Numbered from the stretch's first letter, positions 8,388-18,469 are shown. The stretch is DNA of 38,812 nt from an uncultured Prolixibacteraceae bacterium (GCA_964442545.1 CAYUAN010000220.1:1-38812); one strand, 5' to 3'. The notes: generated from the letters alone by a model not told the origin. Program-made: numbers and translations.

Positions 8388-10085
8388 TTATTTTACACGC
8401 AGTTTGTCGCCCGTATCCTCTACGATACGACGATACCAAGCCTCTCCATAACCGGGCTGCTCCACCTTTGGATTAACCATTTTATAGTTTTCCGGCACCT
8501 CTTGCGCCGTTTTCACGTTGCCGTCCATATATTTGACAAAGAGGTAGGTGTACAGCTTTTTCCAGGTTTCGAAGGTGCGCTTGGCCACTGCATCGGAATA
8601 ATTCGTTAAAAAGGCCACGGCTTTCTCCGGGTCCTGTTCATATAATTTCTGCGCGGCGGCATCTACACCGGGGGTATAATCGATAAAATCCGTCTCCAGT
8701 TCCGATTGTACTTTCGCAATGTCGGGATGAATCAGATTATAGCGGGTATAGGCGAAATTTTGCACCTGATTGAAAATCCAGAAACCGGAAGTTTCGGAAA
8801 ATTCCATCATCGAACCGTTGCCCACGGCGAAATTGTAAGGAATTTCGGTAATGCTTCCGTACATGGGCATATAAACCGTACCCGAGGCATCATCTACGCC
8901 CCACCAATGAATACCGCCAATGGCATCGGGCAGCCACGAACGCATTTGTGAAACGAAAGAGAAGCCCGTTTGCTGGGTGGCTGTCGCCCGCTCGTTGCAA
9001 TATTTCACGGAATCAACCTCCCAGGTCAGCGGCCGCCAGCGATAGGGATTACCAAAGGGACCCGCGCCGATATCCTTGCTCATGTCCAGGTCGGTGCCTT
9101 CCAGATGGTCGCGCATAAACATCATCATATCGTGTAGCGATATTTTACGGTCGGGTTTGATATATAAGGGCATGCGGTTGGTGGCGTAATTATTTGGGCC
9201 GGAATGCTGAATATTTCCTTTCACATATTCCCAATAGGCCATATTGTCCTCTACATCCTTGCTTACTTTATGAAACATGGAATAAACGCGCATTTCGCAA
9301 AAACGGGCGGCGCCGAAATCAACAGGCGCATAGGTATCCGAAAAGCTGAAATCGCTGTCGGCACCTTTGTACCAGCCTTTTTGCTTGGCAAAACTGATAA
9401 CATCGGGACTATTGAAAAACATCGCGTCCGGGTCGTCCCATTTGTTTTTGGTTTGAAAATCGAAAGTGGTAATCCGCGCCTGGTTGGCATGGCCCGAAAT
9501 ATAACCGTCGGGTATGCGCACGGCTACCCAAACAGCTCCTTTTTCGCCCTGGCCTTTGCCAATCATTTCCATAATCCATACTTCGTTTTTATCTACGATG
9601 GAAAAGGATTCGCCAGAGCTGTAATAACCGTATTCGGCGACCAAATCCGTCATCAGCTTAATGGCTTCGCGGGCATTTTTCGAGCGCTGCAGCGCGACAT
9701 AAATCAAGCTCCCGTAATCCATAATGGCACCGTCCTGATGATAGAGTTCGTGGCGCCCGCCATAGGTGGTTTCTCCGATACTTAATTGATGCTCGTTCAT
9801 ATTGCCTACCACATTGTAGGTTTCGGCGGCTTGCGGAATTTCGCCCAAAAGTTTCCCCGTATCCCATTCATAGATTTTCATCATGGTGCCTTCGGGATAT
9901 TTTGCGGCCGGCCAATGGTAAAGTTCTCCGTACAAAACATGAGAGTCAGCCGAATAACTTAACATTGTGGAGCCGTCGGCGGAAGCCCCTTTGGTAACTA
10001 AATAGTTGGTGCAAGACCAGGCGTTGTTTACCCCCAATAGCAGCAGAGCGACCAGGGATAAGGCAATTTTTCTTAGCATATTCAT
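8388..10085 (-). CDS. C69-family dipeptidase, secreted
   Basis: Signal peptide followed by the nucleophile Cys in AWSCTNYLVTKGASADGSTM, typical of peptidase C69. I chose the ATG at 10085. The upstream extension in the track to 10220 is Pro/Arg-rich and implausible. Confidence 0.85.
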   Translation of the reverse strand: MNMLRKIALSLVALLLLGVNNAWSCTNYLVTKGASADGSTMLSYSADSHVLYGELYHWPAAKYPEGTMMKIYEWDTGKLLGEIPQAAETYNVVGNMNEHQLSIGETTYGGRHELYHQDGAIMDYGSLIYVALQRSKNAREAIKLMTDLVAEYGYYSSGESFSIVDKNEVWIMEMIGKGQGEKGAVWVAVRIPDGYISGHANQARITTFDFQTKNKWDDPDAMFFNSPDVISFAKQKGWYKGADSDFSFSDTYAPVDFGAARFCEMRVYSMFHKVSKDVEDNMAYWEYVKGNIQHSGPNNYATNRMPLYIKPDRKISLHDMMMFMRDHLEGTDLDMSKDIGAGPFGNPYRWRPLTWEVDSVKYCNERATATQQTGFSFVSQMRSWLPDAIGGIHWWGVDDASGTVYMPMYGSITEIPYNFAVGNGSMMEFSETSGFWIFNQVQNFAYTRYNLIHPDIAKVQSELETDFIDYTPGVDAAAQKLYEQDPEKAVAFLTNYSDAVAKRTFETWKKLYTYLFVKYMDGNVKTAQEVPENYKMVNPKVEQPGYGEAWYRRIVEDTGDKLRVK

Positions 10086-10123
10086 AGGTATTTTGATTTG
10101 TTGTTTATTCCGTTTGAAAGGGG

Positions 10124-10131
10124 CAAATATA
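10124..10131 (-). promoter_or_regulatory. Candidate -7 box (TATATTTG) for the C69 dipeptidase/SDR operon
   Basis: CAAATATA on the + strand, 39 nt upstream of the ATG at 10085. Confidence 0.38.
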
Positions 10132-10380
10132 CGGAATCTTAAAATCAGTAGCGGACGACTTGTCGGGGTGATGGGATTTTGAAGCAATGGGGGGCGGTTT
10201 GGGAAGAAATACGGCAGCAAGTGTAAACCTTGTTTTGCACATTTACCGCTTGCGGAATAACCACTTTTTAATCACGAATTCTTACAAGTTCAAAACCGCC
10301 TCAAAAACACGAAAATAGCACCACTTTCACCCAGAAAATATTTTTGTTCAAATAAGTATTTTATATCTCAAATAAATTCT

Positions 10381-10388
10381 TATTTTTG
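10381..10388 (+). promoter_or_regulatory. Candidate -7 box (TATTTTTG) for the atp operon
   Basis: Exact TAnnTTTG match 37 nt upstream of the atpB ATG at 10425. Confidence 0.4.
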
Positions 10389-10424
10389 CAGCCAATTTAA
10401 TAGGAACTTTTGAGTCAAATACTT

Positions 10425-11570
10425 ATGATTATTAGGAAGTTTAGTACCAATTCAAATATTCTGATTACAGCACTTTTGTTGCTGTTTTTTCTTTTTAGTT
10501 TGCCTAACGCTTTCGCCCAGGAACATGAACCGGAGGAGCACCCTGCGATTCCGGAGCTGGAACACGCTACAACAGAGCCCGATGGCTTTAATGCAGGCGA
10601 GACGATTATGGGCCACGTTATGGACGATCATTCCTGGCATATTCTCGACTATAAAGATTCTGAAGGACACGAACACGCTTTGGCCATTCCGCTTCCTATT
10701 ATCATTTACGACAAAGTAAACAAAAGCTGGCATTTCTTTTTATCCTCAAAATTTGAGCACGGACATGCCGCTTATGACGGATTCAAACTTTTCAGTCAAA
10801 CAAAAATCGTTCGTGCCGATGACGAGTCGGAAGACGGTGTTACCGCGGCCGAGCTATACGACTTTTCCATTACCAAAACCACCTTCGCCGTGTTTATTTC
10901 GGCCTTATTGATGTTGTGGATTTTCCTGAGTATCGCCAAGGCGTATAAAAAACGCGAAGGCCAGGCCCCAAAAGGCCTACAGTCGTTTATGGAGCCGATT
11001 ATTCTGTTTATCCGCGACGATGTGGCCAAACCTTCCATCGGCAAAGATTATGAGCGTTATATGCCTTATCTGCTGACGCTCTTTTTCTTTATCCTGATCA
11101 GTAACCTGATGGGACTGATTCCGGTATTCCCGGGCGGATCGAATATCAACGGTAATATTGCCGTAACCATGGTGATGGCCATATTCACCTTCATCATTAC
11201 CACCGCCAGCACCAACAAAGCCTATTGGGTGCATATCGTAAATATGCCGGGTGTGCCTTGGTGGTTAAAATTCCCGGTGCCTTTGATGCCGATTGTCGAG
11301 CTGATGGGCGTATTTACCAAGCCTTTTGTACTTATGGTCCGGCTGTTCGCCAATATCCTGGCAGGCCACATTGTACTCCTGGGCTTTATCAGCATGATAT
11401 TTATCTTCGGAGCCATGAGCCCCGCCGCAGGATACGGTGTTAGTATCGTATCGGTAGGATTCTCGGTATTCCTGAGTTTATTGGAAATATTGGTTGCCTT
11501 TATTCAGGCCTATGTATTTACCTTGCTTTCGGCATTGTATTTCGGCATGGCCAAGGTTACCGATCATTAA
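10425..11570 (+). CDS. atpB: F0F1 ATP synthase subunit a
   Basis: C-terminal part carries the subunit-a signature RLFANILAGH (essential Arg). First gene of the atpBEFHAG series. ATG at 10425; the track uses a TTG at 10410. Confidence 0.9.
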   Translation: MIIRKFSTNSNILITALLLLFFLFSLPNAFAQEHEPEEHPAIPELEHATTEPDGFNAGETIMGHVMDDHSWHILDYKDSEGHEHALAIPLPIIIYDKVNKSWHFFLSSKFEHGHAAYDGFKLFSQTKIVRADDESEDGVTAAELYDFSITKTTFAVFISALLMLWIFLSIAKAYKKREGQAPKGLQSFMEPIILFIRDDVAKPSIGKDYERYMPYLLTLFFFILISNLMGLIPVFPGGSNINGNIAVTMVMAIFTFIITTASTNKAYWVHIVNMPGVPWWLKFPVPLMPIVELMGVFTKPFVLMVRLFANILAGHIVLLGFISMIFIFGAMSPAAGYGVSIVSVGFSVFLSLLEILVAFIQAYVFTLLSALYFGMAKVTDH

Positions 11571-11592
11571 TTTGTAATTCTTTTTTTATTAA

Positions 11593-11856
<264 letters not shown>

Positions 11857-11871
11857 AGAAACACCCAAACC

Positions 11872-11911
11872 GAACTTCCCGCTTGCGGCGGTTGGCCGCA
11901 AGGGGAAGTTC
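11872..11911 (+). promoter_or_regulatory. 17-bp GC-rich intercistronic stem-loop between atpE and atpF
   Basis: GAACTTCCC(G)CTTGCGGC, then loop GGTTG, then GCCGCAAGGGGAAGTTC. One bulged G. No T-tract follows on the + strand. Confidence 0.55.
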
Positions 11912-11954
11912 ACTTAAAAAAGAACCAATTAGAAACATATAAATACAGACAGAT

Positions 11955-12449
11955 ATGGATTTAGTAATGCCCGGAATAGGCCTGATTTTTTGGATGACAC
12001 TGACCTTTGTGTTGCTGTTAATCATTCTGAAAAAATTTGCCTGGAAACCGATTTTAGATTCCATTAAAGAGCGTGAGCACAAAATCTCTCATTCGCTGGC
12101 TATGGCCAAACAAACGCAGGAAGAAATGAAGCGTTTGAAAGCGGATAACGAGAAATTGCTGAAAGAGGCCCGTGCGGAGCGTGACACCATTTTGCGCGAA
12201 GCGAACAAAATGAAAGACAGCATCATCAACGAGGCAAAAAGCAAAGCGCAAACCGAGGCCGACCGCATCGTGGAAGCCGCTCGTCAAAATATCGAAAGCG
12301 AGAAAGCCGCTGCCATTGCCGAGTTGAAAAACCAGGTGGCCGACCTGACGATTGAGGTGGCCGAAAAAGTATTGGGTGCCGAGCTGAGCGATAAAGCCAA
12401 GCAAACATCCTTTGCCGAAAAGCAATTGGAGAAACTAAACTTTAACTAG
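11955..12449 (+). CDS. atpF: F0F1 ATP synthase subunit b
   Basis: Single N-terminal TM helix followed by a long charged coiled coil. Sits in the expected operon position. Confidence 0.9.
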   Translation: MDLVMPGIGLIFWMTLTFVLLLIILKKFAWKPILDSIKEREHKISHSLAMAKQTQEEMKRLKADNEKLLKEARAERDTILREANKMKDSIINEAKSKAQTEADRIVEAARQNIESEKAAAIAELKNQVADLTIEVAEKVLGAELSDKAKQTSFAEKQLEKLNFN

Positions 12450-12454
12450 AACAA

Positions 12455-12991
12455 ATGGGTGAAGTAAAAATATCAAAACGCTACGCCAAAGCTTTGTTCG
12501 AGTTTGCCACCGAGCAAAAGAAGGTAGAGGAGGTAAAAGCTGATATGGAATATATCGACCGCTTATGCCTTGCCGCACCCGATTTTGTTAAGCTGCTGAA
12601 AAGCCCTGTGGTGAAAGTGAGCAAAAAGGTGGAAATCCTGAAGGCGGTGTTGGAAAATAATATCTCGAAAATCTCGATGGAATATGTGCAAATTATCGCC
12701 AAAGCCCGTCGTGAGGTATATATTCCGGCCATTGCCCGCGAATATCTGGCTTTATACGACGACAGCATCGGATTGAAAACCGCACAGTTGGTATCGGCTG
12801 TGGAGCTGGATAAAAAGCTGAAAGAGCAAATCATCAAAACACTGAGCGAGCAAACAGGCAAACAGATTAAACTGGACGAAAAGATTGACGAGCGCCTTAT
12901 CGGCGGTTTTATCATCAATCTGGACAACCGTCAGTATGACGCCAGTATCAAAGCGCGTTTGACAAAGCTGAAAAAAGAATTTATTCAATAG
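12455..12991 (+). CDS. atpH: F0F1 ATP synthase subunit delta (OSCP)
   Basis: 178 aa starting RYAKALFEFA, with C-terminal LIGGFII..D.S, typical of delta/OSCP. Operon position fits. Confidence 0.9.
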   Translation: MGEVKISKRYAKALFEFATEQKKVEEVKADMEYIDRLCLAAPDFVKLLKSPVVKVSKKVEILKAVLENNISKISMEYVQIIAKARREVYIPAIAREYLALYDDSIGLKTAQLVSAVELDKKLKEQIIKTLSEQTGKQIKLDEKIDERLIGGFIINLDNRQYDASIKARLTKLKKEFIQ

Positions 12992-13025
12992 AAAAAAAGA
13001 GAAACAATATAAAATACCATAAGAT

Positions 13026-14609
13026 ATGGCAGAGATTAAACCGGCCGAAGTATCGGCAATATTAAAGCAGAAATTATCGGGCTTTGAAGGCGAAGCCAAT
13101 TTGGAAGAAGTAGGCACCGTCCTTGAAGTAGGTGACGGTATTGCCCGTATTTACGGACTCAACAAAGCGGAAGCCGGAGAATTGGTTGATTTTGAGAAAT
13201 CAGGACTCCGCGGTTTGGTGATGAACCTTGAGGAAGATAATGTGGGTGTGGTAATCCTCGGAGAGGCCACCAACATCCAGGAAGGCGACGTGGTAAAACG
13301 TTCCGGACGTATTGCTTCACTTGATGTGGGCGAGGGAATGTTGGGCCGCGTTATCGATACTCTGGGTAATCCCCTGGACGGTAAAGGCCCGATTGAAGGC
13401 GAGACTTTTGAAATGCCGATTGAGCGTAAAGCTCCGGGAGTAATCTTCCGTCAGCCGGTATCCGAGCCGCTGCAAACCGGTATCAAAGCTATTGACGCAA
13501 TGATTCCTATTGGCCGCGGACAGCGTGAGTTGATTATTGGCGACCGCCAAACCGGTAAATCAACCATTGCCATCGATACTATTATCAATCAGAAAGAATT
13601 TTATGACAAGGGAGAACCGGTGTACTGTATTTATGTTGCCGTAGGCCAAAAGGGTTCTACCGTTGCCAATATTGTTAAAACACTGGAAGAGGCCGGAGCT
13701 ATGGCTTATACCATCGTGGTAATGGCTACCGCTTCCGATTCTGCAGCAATGCAGTTTTATGCTCCCTTCGCGGGTGCCGCCATCGGCGAGTTTTTCCGCG
13801 ATACCGGACGTCCGGCATTGGTAGTTTATGACGACCTGTCGAAACAAGCCGTTGCCTATCGTGAGGTGTCCCTCTTGCTGCGCCGTCCTCCGGGACGCGA
13901 GGCCTATCCGGGTGATGTGTTCTATTTGCACTCACGTCTTTTGGAGCGTGCCGCCAAGATTATTCAGTCGGATGAGGTGGCTAAGAATATGAACGACTTG
14001 CCTCCTTCGTTGAAAGATAAAGTAAAAGGTGGCGGATCGCTGACTGCCTTGCCAATCATCGAAACTCAGGCCGGAGACGTTTCCGCTTATATCCCGACCA
14101 ACGTAATTTCCATTACCGACGGTCAGATATTCTTGGAAACCAACCTCTTTAACTCCGGTGTGCGTCCGGCAATTAACGTGGGTATTTCGGTATCACGTGT
14201 AGGTGGTAACGCCCAGATTAAATCGATGAAGAAAGTAGCCGGTACGCTGAAGCTTGACCAGGCACAGTATCGTGAGCTGGAAGCCTTTGCCAAGTTCGGC
14301 TCCGATTTGGATGCTTCAACCATGGCTGTTTTGGACAAAGGAAAGCGTAATGTGGAAATCCTGAAGCAAAATCAGCATTATCCGATGACCGTGCAAGATC
14401 AAATCGCAATTATCTATTGCGGAACCAAGGCTTTGTTGAACGAAGTTCCGGAAGAAAAAGTGAAGGCCTTTGAGTTGGATTTCTTGCGCGTGATGAACGA
14501 AAAACATGCCGATACCATGAGCGCTTTGGCAGCGGGAAAATATACCGATGCCGAAACTAAGGTGTTGGAAGATGTTGCTGCCGATGTAGTTAAAGGCTAT
14601 AAGGCATAG
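13026..14609 (+). CDS. atpA: F0F1 ATP synthase subunit alpha
   Basis: Walker A GDRQTGKS, plus [20 protein letters not shown] and ITDGQIFLE. Confidence 0.97.
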   Translation: MAEIKPAEVSAILKQKLSGFEGEANLEEVGTVLEVGDGIARIYGLNKAEAGELVDFEKSGLRGLVMNLEEDNVGVVILGEATNIQEGDVVKRSGRIASLDVGEGMLGRVIDTLGNPLDGKGPIEGETFEMPIERKAPGVIFRQPVSEPLQTGIKAIDAMIPIGRGQRELIIGDRQTGKSTIAIDTIINQKEFYDKGEPVYCIYVAVGQKGSTVANIVKTLEEAGAMAYTIVVMATASDSAAMQFYAPFAGAAIGEFFRDTGRPALVVYDDLSKQAVAYREVSLLLRRPPGREAYPGDVFYLHSRLLERAAKIIQSDEVAKNMNDLPPSLKDKVKGGGSLTALPIIETQAGDVSAYIPTNVISITDGQIFLETNLFNSGVRPAINVGISVSRVGGNAQIKSMKKVAGTLKLDQAQYRELEAFAKFGSDLDASTMAVLDKGKRNVEILKQNQHYPMTVQDQIAIIYCGTKALLNEVPEEKVKAFELDFLRVMNEKHADTMSALAAGKYTDAETKVLEDVAADVVKGYKA

Positions 14610-14633
14610 TATTAAGAATAAAAACATTGTCAG

Positions 14634-15509
14634 ATGGCAAACTTAAAAGAGATACGTATCCGGATTGCATCTGTTGAGTCCACCAAGCAGATTACGAGCG
14701 CTATGAAATTGGTAGCGGCCTCGAAACTGAAGCGGGCTCAGGATGCGATTACACAGATGCGGCCTTATGCAAATAAACTTACCGAAATATTGCAAGACCT
14801 GAGTTCGGGTAGCGATACCGATGGTAATGTTTATGCCGAACAGCGCGAAATTAATAAGGTATTGATAGTGCCTATTTCATCCAATCGCGGACTTTGCGGT
14901 GCTTTTAATGCCAATATTGTAAAGCGCGTAAAGCTGTTGCTCGAGGAAGATTATGCATCGCAATACCGCAGTGGTGATGTGGATGTATTAACCATTGGCC
15001 GTAAGGTGAGCGAGGCATTTGCCAAAACGGATTTGGATGTGATTGAAACCCATGACGATATCTGGAATGATTTGAACTGGGAGCATGTAATCGACCTGGC
15101 GGAAGGTATTTTGGAACGTTGGCGTGAAGGGGAATATGACCGTATTGACTTGGTGTATAATCAATTCAAAAATGCTGCTACGCAAATCCTTACACATGAG
15201 CAATTTCTTCCGGTAAAACCCGTCGAAGAAGACGAATTGGCCGGCAGCTCGAATCATGAGTACATCATGGAACCTTCGAAAGAGGTAATCGTAAATGAGC
15301 TGATTCCGAAAACGCTGAAAACACAATTGTATAAAGCGCTGCTCGATTCGCATGCCGCTGAGCACGGTGCCCGTATGACCGCGATGCATCAGGCCACCGA
15401 CAATGCTACCGAGTTGGTTAAAGAGCTTAAACTTACGTATAACAAAGCGCGTCAGGCGGCCATTACAAACGAAATTATCGAAATCGTTAGCGGGGCAAAT
15501 GCTCTGTAA
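14634..15509 (+). CDS. atpG: F0F1 ATP synthase subunit gamma
   Basis: N-terminal MANLKEIRIRIASVESTKQITSAMKLVAASKL and C-terminal ARQAAITNEIIEIVSGA. Confidence 0.95.
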   Translation: MANLKEIRIRIASVESTKQITSAMKLVAASKLKRAQDAITQMRPYANKLTEILQDLSSGSDTDGNVYAEQREINKVLIVPISSNRGLCGAFNANIVKRVKLLLEEDYASQYRSGDVDVLTIGRKVSEAFAKTDLDVIETHDDIWNDLNWEHVIDLAEGILERWREGEYDRIDLVYNQFKNAATQILTHEQFLPVKPVEEDELAGSSNHEYIMEPSKEVIVNELIPKTLKTQLYKALLDSHAAEHGARMTAMHQATDNATELVKELKLTYNKARQAAITNEIIEIVSGANAL

Positions 15510-15531
15510 GGCGACGAAACAAATAAACAAA

Positions 15532-15565
15532 ACCCGGATCACATTTCTGATTCGGGTTTTTTATT
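15532..15565 (+). terminator. Rho-independent terminator after atpG, probably bidirectional
   Basis: ACCCGGATC, loop ACATTTCT, GATTCGGGT (9 bp including one G-U pair), followed by TTTTTATT. The upstream flank is A-rich, so it could also terminate the convergent transporter gene. Confidence 0.6.
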
Positions 15566-15593
15566 GGGCAGACTATTGTCCCTGAAGCTCCGC

Positions 15594-17813
15594 TTATTTA
15601 ATCTCTACCGAACGATAGGCGCTCACAAATAACAAATCCTTAACGGCATCATAGTTTTGGAACACGGTTTCGCCTTCTTCTTTGAGCTGACTTTCGTTAA
15701 AACCGATTAGAACCAATCCGGAATCGGCAGAGTTTTCATTCACCAATTCCTTAAACGAAGCCCCGTCGGCCAGGCTGAAAGTTTCAATGTTTTTCTCCGA
15801 AATGGGCAGGCGGCTTTCCTGAATTTTATCAATCAGGTTTTGCTGTATGTAGTGCTGGTCTCCGGCATTGGACACGTAAAACAAGCGGATTTTCGACTTG
15901 CGCCAATCGGGATGGCCGAGGATGATAAAACTCAGCAGCAACATCAGATTCATATTGGAAAAATCCTGCGGACGGAACCAGATATGAATCCCTTTCCGAT
16001 AATTAATATCATCGGCCGAGCTGGCCAAAATGCAGGTGTCCATTGTAGCAGCCCGTACCAGAGGATAGTTCTCGATAATGCGTTGCAGGTTTTTCGGATT
16101 TTCCTTGAAAAATTCAAACAATACCATATTGTTTTCCATACCCGAAATTCCGGGTAACTGTACAATCTGCGCAATGGCCGAGGTATAGGAAGGCGATATC
16201 AGCGTGTCGATGTACACATTGTGTTTCTTGGTGTTGGCTTTGCGCAAAAGCTGTTTGAGAATTTGTTCCGAATCCCGCCGGGTTTCTTCGTTGAAATAAC
16301 CGTTAATTAAATGAATATAAGTTCCGTATCCATAGCGGTACGAAATCCAGTTCAGCAGGTCAAAAGCTTTTTCGCGTTGGAATGATTCTTCGGAAATACA
16401 TACGGCGGCCGGTCGCCATTTGTTGGCGCTTTTTGCCTTTTTACTTTGCTGCACAAACAGCTTTAAGCGCATACTCAGCTGGTATAAAGCGCCTTGAAAA
16501 ATTCCCTCAACTCCTTCGCGCTCACGATGTGATTTCTGAATCAGAAAATAAAGAATAGTCATGGCAATGAAAGCGATAATGGAGTAGAGGAAGTCCATTT
16601 TCAACATCAGCCAGAAACTCATCAAAAAGCCCAGTAATGAAATCCAGCGCGAGGTGCGGAATGATGGGCGGTAACTGGGATCGGCGCCCCAATGATAAAG
16701 GAATGAAATCAAATTCAGCGAGCCGTAGGTAATCATGAAAAACATTGAAATGATTTTACCTACAGCATCTACACTTCCCATAGCCACAAATACGAAGGCG
16801 ATGATGATGGTAAAAACACTGGCATTAAAAGGTTCGTTTTTTTCGCCTTTGCTTTTGGCTAAAAAGTTTGAAAACAGATTAAAAGGCAAGGTGCGGTCTT
16901 GAGCCAAAGCCTGCAGAGTACGGGGCGCAACCATGATTGACCCCAAAGCCGACGAAATGGTGGAGGCCGCCAAGCCCAAAGGAACCATAATGGCTCCGCC
17001 AATGGCAATCTTCCGCATAATGAGTTGGTCGCTCATCAACTCGGCCGGGGCTGCGGAAATCTTGAATTTCCAACTGATAAAAACATAAATCAGCATTCCG
17101 ATGATGGTTGCGGAAATACTGCCCAGGGGAATGGATTTAGCCGGATTTTTCAGATCGCCCGAAAGTCCTACACCGGCTGTCATCCCCGTAAAAGCAGGAA
17201 AGATAATGGCAAAGACAAAAAAGAAACTGTCTTGATTGCGGAAGTCAAAATCCATCGGATTAAAACTGTGGGTTTCCTGATATTCGGTGCTTCCCAAAAA
17301 GAAGAGTGCCAAAGAAACAAATAGAATACCCACTACAAAATAGAGGGCTTTTACCCCCAGATCGGCGCCTTTTTTCAGAATCAGCAATGCAAGCAAACCC
17401 ATGACCGGCAAACTAATAACCTGGCGCGGCAAATCAATCTGATGCGCCTCTTTCATCCAGGTGAAAAAGGGTTCAAAAGCCTCGGTAAAGGCGATTACAT
17501 AAAAGGCTACACTTATGGCTTGGGAAAAGAACAGGGCCAGGCCGATGGTGCCTCCGATATTCAATCCGAATGAACGCGAAATAATAAAATATTCGCCCCC
17601 CCCTTCCACCTTTTGATTGGTTGCGATTTCCGATAGGGAAAGCGCGGTGGGTATGGTTACCATATGGCCGACCAGGATGATTGCCAGCACCCCCCAAAAT
17701 CCGAGCGTGCCTACCGCCCAGCCAAAACGGAGAAAAAGAATGGCACCCAAAATTGTGGCAATAGCCGTGAAAAATACAGGAGCGGTTCCGAATCCGTTTT
17801 GTTTTTGTGCCAT
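15594..17813 (-). CDS. APC-superfamily transporter with a large cytosolic C-terminal domain, SLC12 cation-chloride cotransporter-like
   Basis: About 12 TM helices with GGGEYFIISRSFGLNIGGTIG, which matches the SLC12 GGG.Y.ISRSLG..GG signature. A ~280 aa soluble C-terminal domain follows. ATG at 17813, 16 nt after the udk stop; the track start at 17843 is TTG. Confidence 0.78.
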   Translation of the reverse strand: MAQKQNGFGTAPVFFTAIATILGAILFLRFGWAVGTLGFWGVLAIILVGHMVTIPTALSLSEIATNQKVEGGGEYFIISRSFGLNIGGTIGLALFFSQAISVAFYVIAFTEAFEPFFTWMKEAHQIDLPRQVISLPVMGLLALLILKKGADLGVKALYFVVGILFVSLALFFLGSTEYQETHSFNPMDFDFRNQDSFFFVFAIIFPAFTGMTAGVGLSGDLKNPAKSIPLGSISATIIGMLIYVFISWKFKISAAPAELMSDQLIMRKIAIGGAIMVPLGLAASTISSALGSIMVAPRTLQALAQDRTLPFNLFSNFLAKSKGEKNEPFNASVFTIIIAFVFVAMGSVDAVGKIISMFFMITYGSLNLISFLYHWGADPSYRPSFRTSRWISLLGFLMSFWLMLKMDFLYSIIAFIAMTILYFLIQKSHREREGVEGIFQGALYQLSMRLKLFVQQSKKAKSANKWRPAAVCISEESFQREKAFDLLNWISYRYGYGTYIHLINGYFNEETRRDSEQILKQLLRKANTKKHNVYIDTLISPSYTSAIAQIVQLPGISGMENNMVLFEFFKENPKNLQRIIENYPLVRAATMDTCILASSADDINYRKGIHIWFRPQDFSNMNLMLLLSFIILGHPDWRKSKIRLFYVSNAGDQHYIQQNLIDKIQESRLPISEKNIETFSLADGASFKELVNENSADSGLVLIGFNESQLKEEGETVFQNYDAVKDLLFVSAYRSVEIK

Positions 17814-17829
17814 AACTTGTTTCGCAGTT

Positions 17830-18435
17830 TTAAATGGAAGCAATAATTTTACTGGTCATAATATCAATGCCCACATGGTTTTTTCCGCCTTCGGGAATAA
17901 TGATATCCGCATAGCGCTTGGTGGGTTCGATAAATTGCAAATGCATCGGGCGAACGTATTTTGAATAGTGTTCAAGGGCGGCTTTCAATGAACGGCCCCG
18001 CTCCATCATATCGCGGTTGATAATGCGCATCAATCGCTGGTCGGCATCGGCATCCACAAATACTTTTACATTCAGCCTTTTCAGCAGCTCAGGATTGGTA
18101 AAAATCAAAATCCCTTCAAGTATCACCACCTTTTTGGGCACCACGGTAATGGTTTCATCTGCCCGGGCGCAGGTAACGTAAGAATATATCGGCATTTCAA
18201 TATTCTCGCCGGCCCGCAATTTATCCAAATCGCTGTTCAATAAATCCCATTCAATGGAATTGGGGTGGTCGAAATTGATTTTCAACTTTTCTTCTTTCGA
18301 GAGATGCCCGTTATCATAATAATACGCATCTTGTGATATTACTGCTACGGAATTTTCAGGCAAACGCTGAACAATTTCTTTTACTACGGTGGTTTTTCCG
18401 GAGCCTGATCCTCCGGCAATTCCAATTATTAACAT
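17830..18435 (-). CDS. udk: Uridine kinase
   Basis: P-loop IGIAGGSGSGKTT, NFDHP and ILEGI motifs, about 201 aa. ATG at 18435; the track start at 18483 is TTG. Confidence 0.92.
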   Translation of the reverse strand: MLIIGIAGGSGSGKTTVVKEIVQRLPENSVAVISQDAYYYDNGHLSKEEKLKINFDHPNSIEWDLLNSDLDKLRAGENIEMPIYSYVTCARADETITVVPKKVVILEGILIFTNPELLKRLNVKVFVDADADQRLMRIINRDMMERGRSLKAALEHYSKYVRPMHLQFIEPTKRYADIIIPEGGKNHVGIDIMTSKIIASI

Positions 18436-18461
18436 AGAATATGTGTGCTTTCTGGTTTGTT

Positions 18462-18469
18462 CAAAAATA
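18462..18469 (-). promoter_or_regulatory. Candidate Bacteroidota -7 box (TATTTTTG) for udk
   Basis: CAAAAATA on the + strand equals TAnnTTTG on the - strand. It lies 27 nt upstream of the udk ATG and just downstream of the C25 terminator. Confidence 0.4.

Noticed and set aside
10086-10220. N-terminal extensions proposed by the ORF track (C69 peptidase to 10220, C25 to 21721, udk to 18483, lgt to 5000, PorQ-like from 5212, LolA-like from 34681, transporter to 17843)
   Set aside because: Most begin at TTG codons, and all add non-signal, atypical residues ahead of an in-frame ATG that immediately precedes a signal peptide or a conserved N-terminus.
10187-10318. 43-codon ORF upstream of atpB as a possible AtpI/AtpZ-type small membrane protein
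   Set aside because: The translation (MGGGLGRNTAASVNLVLHIYRLRNNHF...) has no TM helix, and it lies upstream of the candidate atp promoter.
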